Notes under the pieces: model-generated
What the model saw: the letters and a program-made list of their open reading frames with translations, nothing else
Databases searched by the model: none
Told to the model about the DNA's origin: nothing
DNA from: Candidatus Latescibacterota bacterium
GTDB lineage: Bacteria; Latescibacterota; UBA2968; UBA8231
Direction: 5' to 3'
Length of the DNA: 64,000 bases
NCBI GenBank assembly: GCA_965248355.1
Contig: OZ252098.1
Location: 5,344,001-5,408,000 of the forward strand
Shown: positions 63,501-64,000 of the stretch, piece after piece
Numbering within the stretch: the first letter of the stretch is position 1
How the letters are laid out: every line of letters starts with the position of its first letter
Program-made: the position numbers and the translations under genes

Positions 63501-63766
63501 GTGGCCGTGGGCGCCACGTTGACGTTGCGCCGGAAGAAGACCGGTCTCAGGCCGTCGGGGCCGACCTCGAGGATGTCCACCTCGCCCACGGGCACGTTGA
63601 GACTGGTGACCAGGTCGTTCTGGTAGATCCAGTTCTCCCAGTGGGAGACCCGGTCCACGCGGATCGAGCCGCCCTGCAGGCGGTAGGCGAGGTTGGCCTG
63701 GGCCAAGGAGCCATCCGGCAGGGAAACCAGGGCGATGGACGCCCCCAACGTCAGCAGCCGTTTCAT
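60521..63766 (-). CDS. Large secreted protein with discoidin-like segments and C-terminal FlgD-Ig/CHU_C-like domain
   Basis: Signal peptide; IDGDLTTFW and TDGNYDTEW motifs; two DxDGDGLxDED repeats; FTPNGDGVND...FDLGGR...WDGRD..G..VPPGIY...LVHVAY. Confidence 0.85.
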   Translation of the reverse strand: MKRLLTLGASIALVSLPDGSLAQANLAYRLQGGSIRVDRVSHWENWIYQNDLVTSLNVPVGEVDILEVGPDGLRPVFFRRNVNVAPTATDYTYKDQVRAQGSPTRGGATAKTNDGLAGNIIDGDLTTFWEPDTPADHASRLGAPGDFHLDGLREWEVEIDLGRLVFADSLTFIFPSDQFEGEFPGQPVKAFAIFASMGERFPFPLGSNLRFSLVAQAASGVVGVDGVALVPVPGTDGRYGQMTFPLSPLDRADWDQDGIPDISGTFLQYVRFKATGSDFWRDAFLGSGEEARLAYEALPRERRGAIIHQRRTAGGLLVDLLDNRNQTASDKYQDLPEAKRGPILYYVKEVPRLAEVLVWARGDNYAFRPESRAGASLEHGELGAPELATDGNYDTEWAANTWSPVYVKGTAWYDLGAVFWVDNLSVVNKRINQSNHGAFIGPGILVSDGTLLKPVAMKDRSDFPQLEDGLQWHNIIGEEKLTNRTSKVRIFQEDFPFRKIRFLQIRDLDITGSSSGRYGALATLAEFQLYGEGYPVSVWAYSPPIALTDSRGDFIRKTLPRIVWEGDIIVRETDPLTGQPVERIEPLGSDPDVRLQVQTRTSDQTDSNFTYYEVVTVAGSEERAEVPRERHDQIALEWAAWEYWQTLPSDQRHASRADDDGDGLEDEDPIDFKDNDGDGLVDEDGKKLRRAPRSTFAKDGELAFVGWSNWSESYLPTNGVNEAAVTSPNPRKFIQVRVNLRSEDPFKTARLRSLRIDLAPPLALELVGELALLSGEGAGRALTDLDVLSTDYTPPSGIDPLEPQRFSYFIRSAGPDPTVRGGFDEVLITTPRAARLTGVRIGRVEVASRASALDPDQEETSAVATRFDNVFAPGGDGVFRDSEGQLLEQVMAGPDSIWVRFPFSINTGLPAGEHALVEVQFESQSFREGIEFTSFVRASDSDELVFQRVDTDARDATELVASSTTRVSLTELEGPLIQDVALAPVFTPNGDGVNDELPVRFVLLKVLEERPLEVEFFDLGGRLVGRGQSAAASPKAGYNTFTWDGRDPGGRLVPPGIYLCRIKVEADFEDSQFMRLVHVAY

Positions 63767-63798
63767 GGCGGATCCCTCTCTTTCCGTGTCCGGGCAGC

Positions 63799-64000
63799 CT
63801 AGTAGGCTACGGAGACGATGCGGGTCTGGGCTTGGCCTGCGTCATCGGCATCGGTGGAGATGCTGAGAATGTAGATCCCGGGCGGGACCACCTGCCCATG
63901 GTCGTCGCGGCCGTCCCACTGCTGGGAATACCCTCCCGAGGACAGCTCGCGCTCGATGAGGCGCAGGCGCCGGCCGCCCAGATCGAAGACCTCCAGGCGC
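63799..64000 (-). CDS. 3' end of a third FlgD-Ig/CHU_C-like C-terminal-domain protein (truncated by the window end)
   Basis: Not in the ORF track. Manual translation gives RLEVFDLGGRRLRLIERELSSGGYSQQWDGRDDHGQVVPPGIYILSISTDADDAGQAQTRIVSVAY*. Confidence 0.85.
   Translation of the reverse strand, partial: RLEVFDLGGRRLRLIERELSSGGYSQQWDGRDDHGQVVPPGIYILSISTDADDAGQAQTRIVSVAY

Overview
High-GC Gram-negative bacterial chromosome segment. It carries Lpt, TonB-dependent receptor and FlgD/CHU_C-type C-terminal domain genes, and the gene content resembles FCB-group lineages such as Latescibacterota (an inference, not tested). From left to right: truncated aceE; a DUF4159-like protein; an Na+/alanine symporter and a TonB-dependent receptor; then a ~26 kb co-directional bioenergetic cluster. 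That cluster contains an intact nqrABCDEF-nqrM, then a strongly degenerate but fully open complex I-like operon (nuoA, CD, E, F, G, H, J, K, L, M, N, with no nuoB and no nuoI), then atpZ/I-BEFHAGDC and a polyprenyl synthase. Next is a housekeeping block: M42 peptidase, an ECF sigma factor behind a consensus sigma-54 promoter, a SEC-C protein, rmlC, an atypical phosphoribosyltransferase, smc, DUF2203, gatC, pyrG, an LptC/LptA-like gene, lptB and rpoN. The last ~16.5 kb is a cell-surface locus: three large secreted proteins that all end in an FlgD-Ig/CHU_C-like domain with terminal VxVAY, two paralogous lipoproteins, a large putative outer-membrane barrel, a parvulin PPIase, a GT-C glycosyltransferase-TPR and an SGNH-TPR protein. 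The two best candidates for undescribed systems are (1) the 'hollowed-out' complex I and (2) the VAY-terminal cargo/barrel/lipoprotein/chaperone locus. I recognised no rRNA, tRNA, CRISPR array or mobile element. All family assignments and residue comparisons come from motif recognition by eye, not from database searches.
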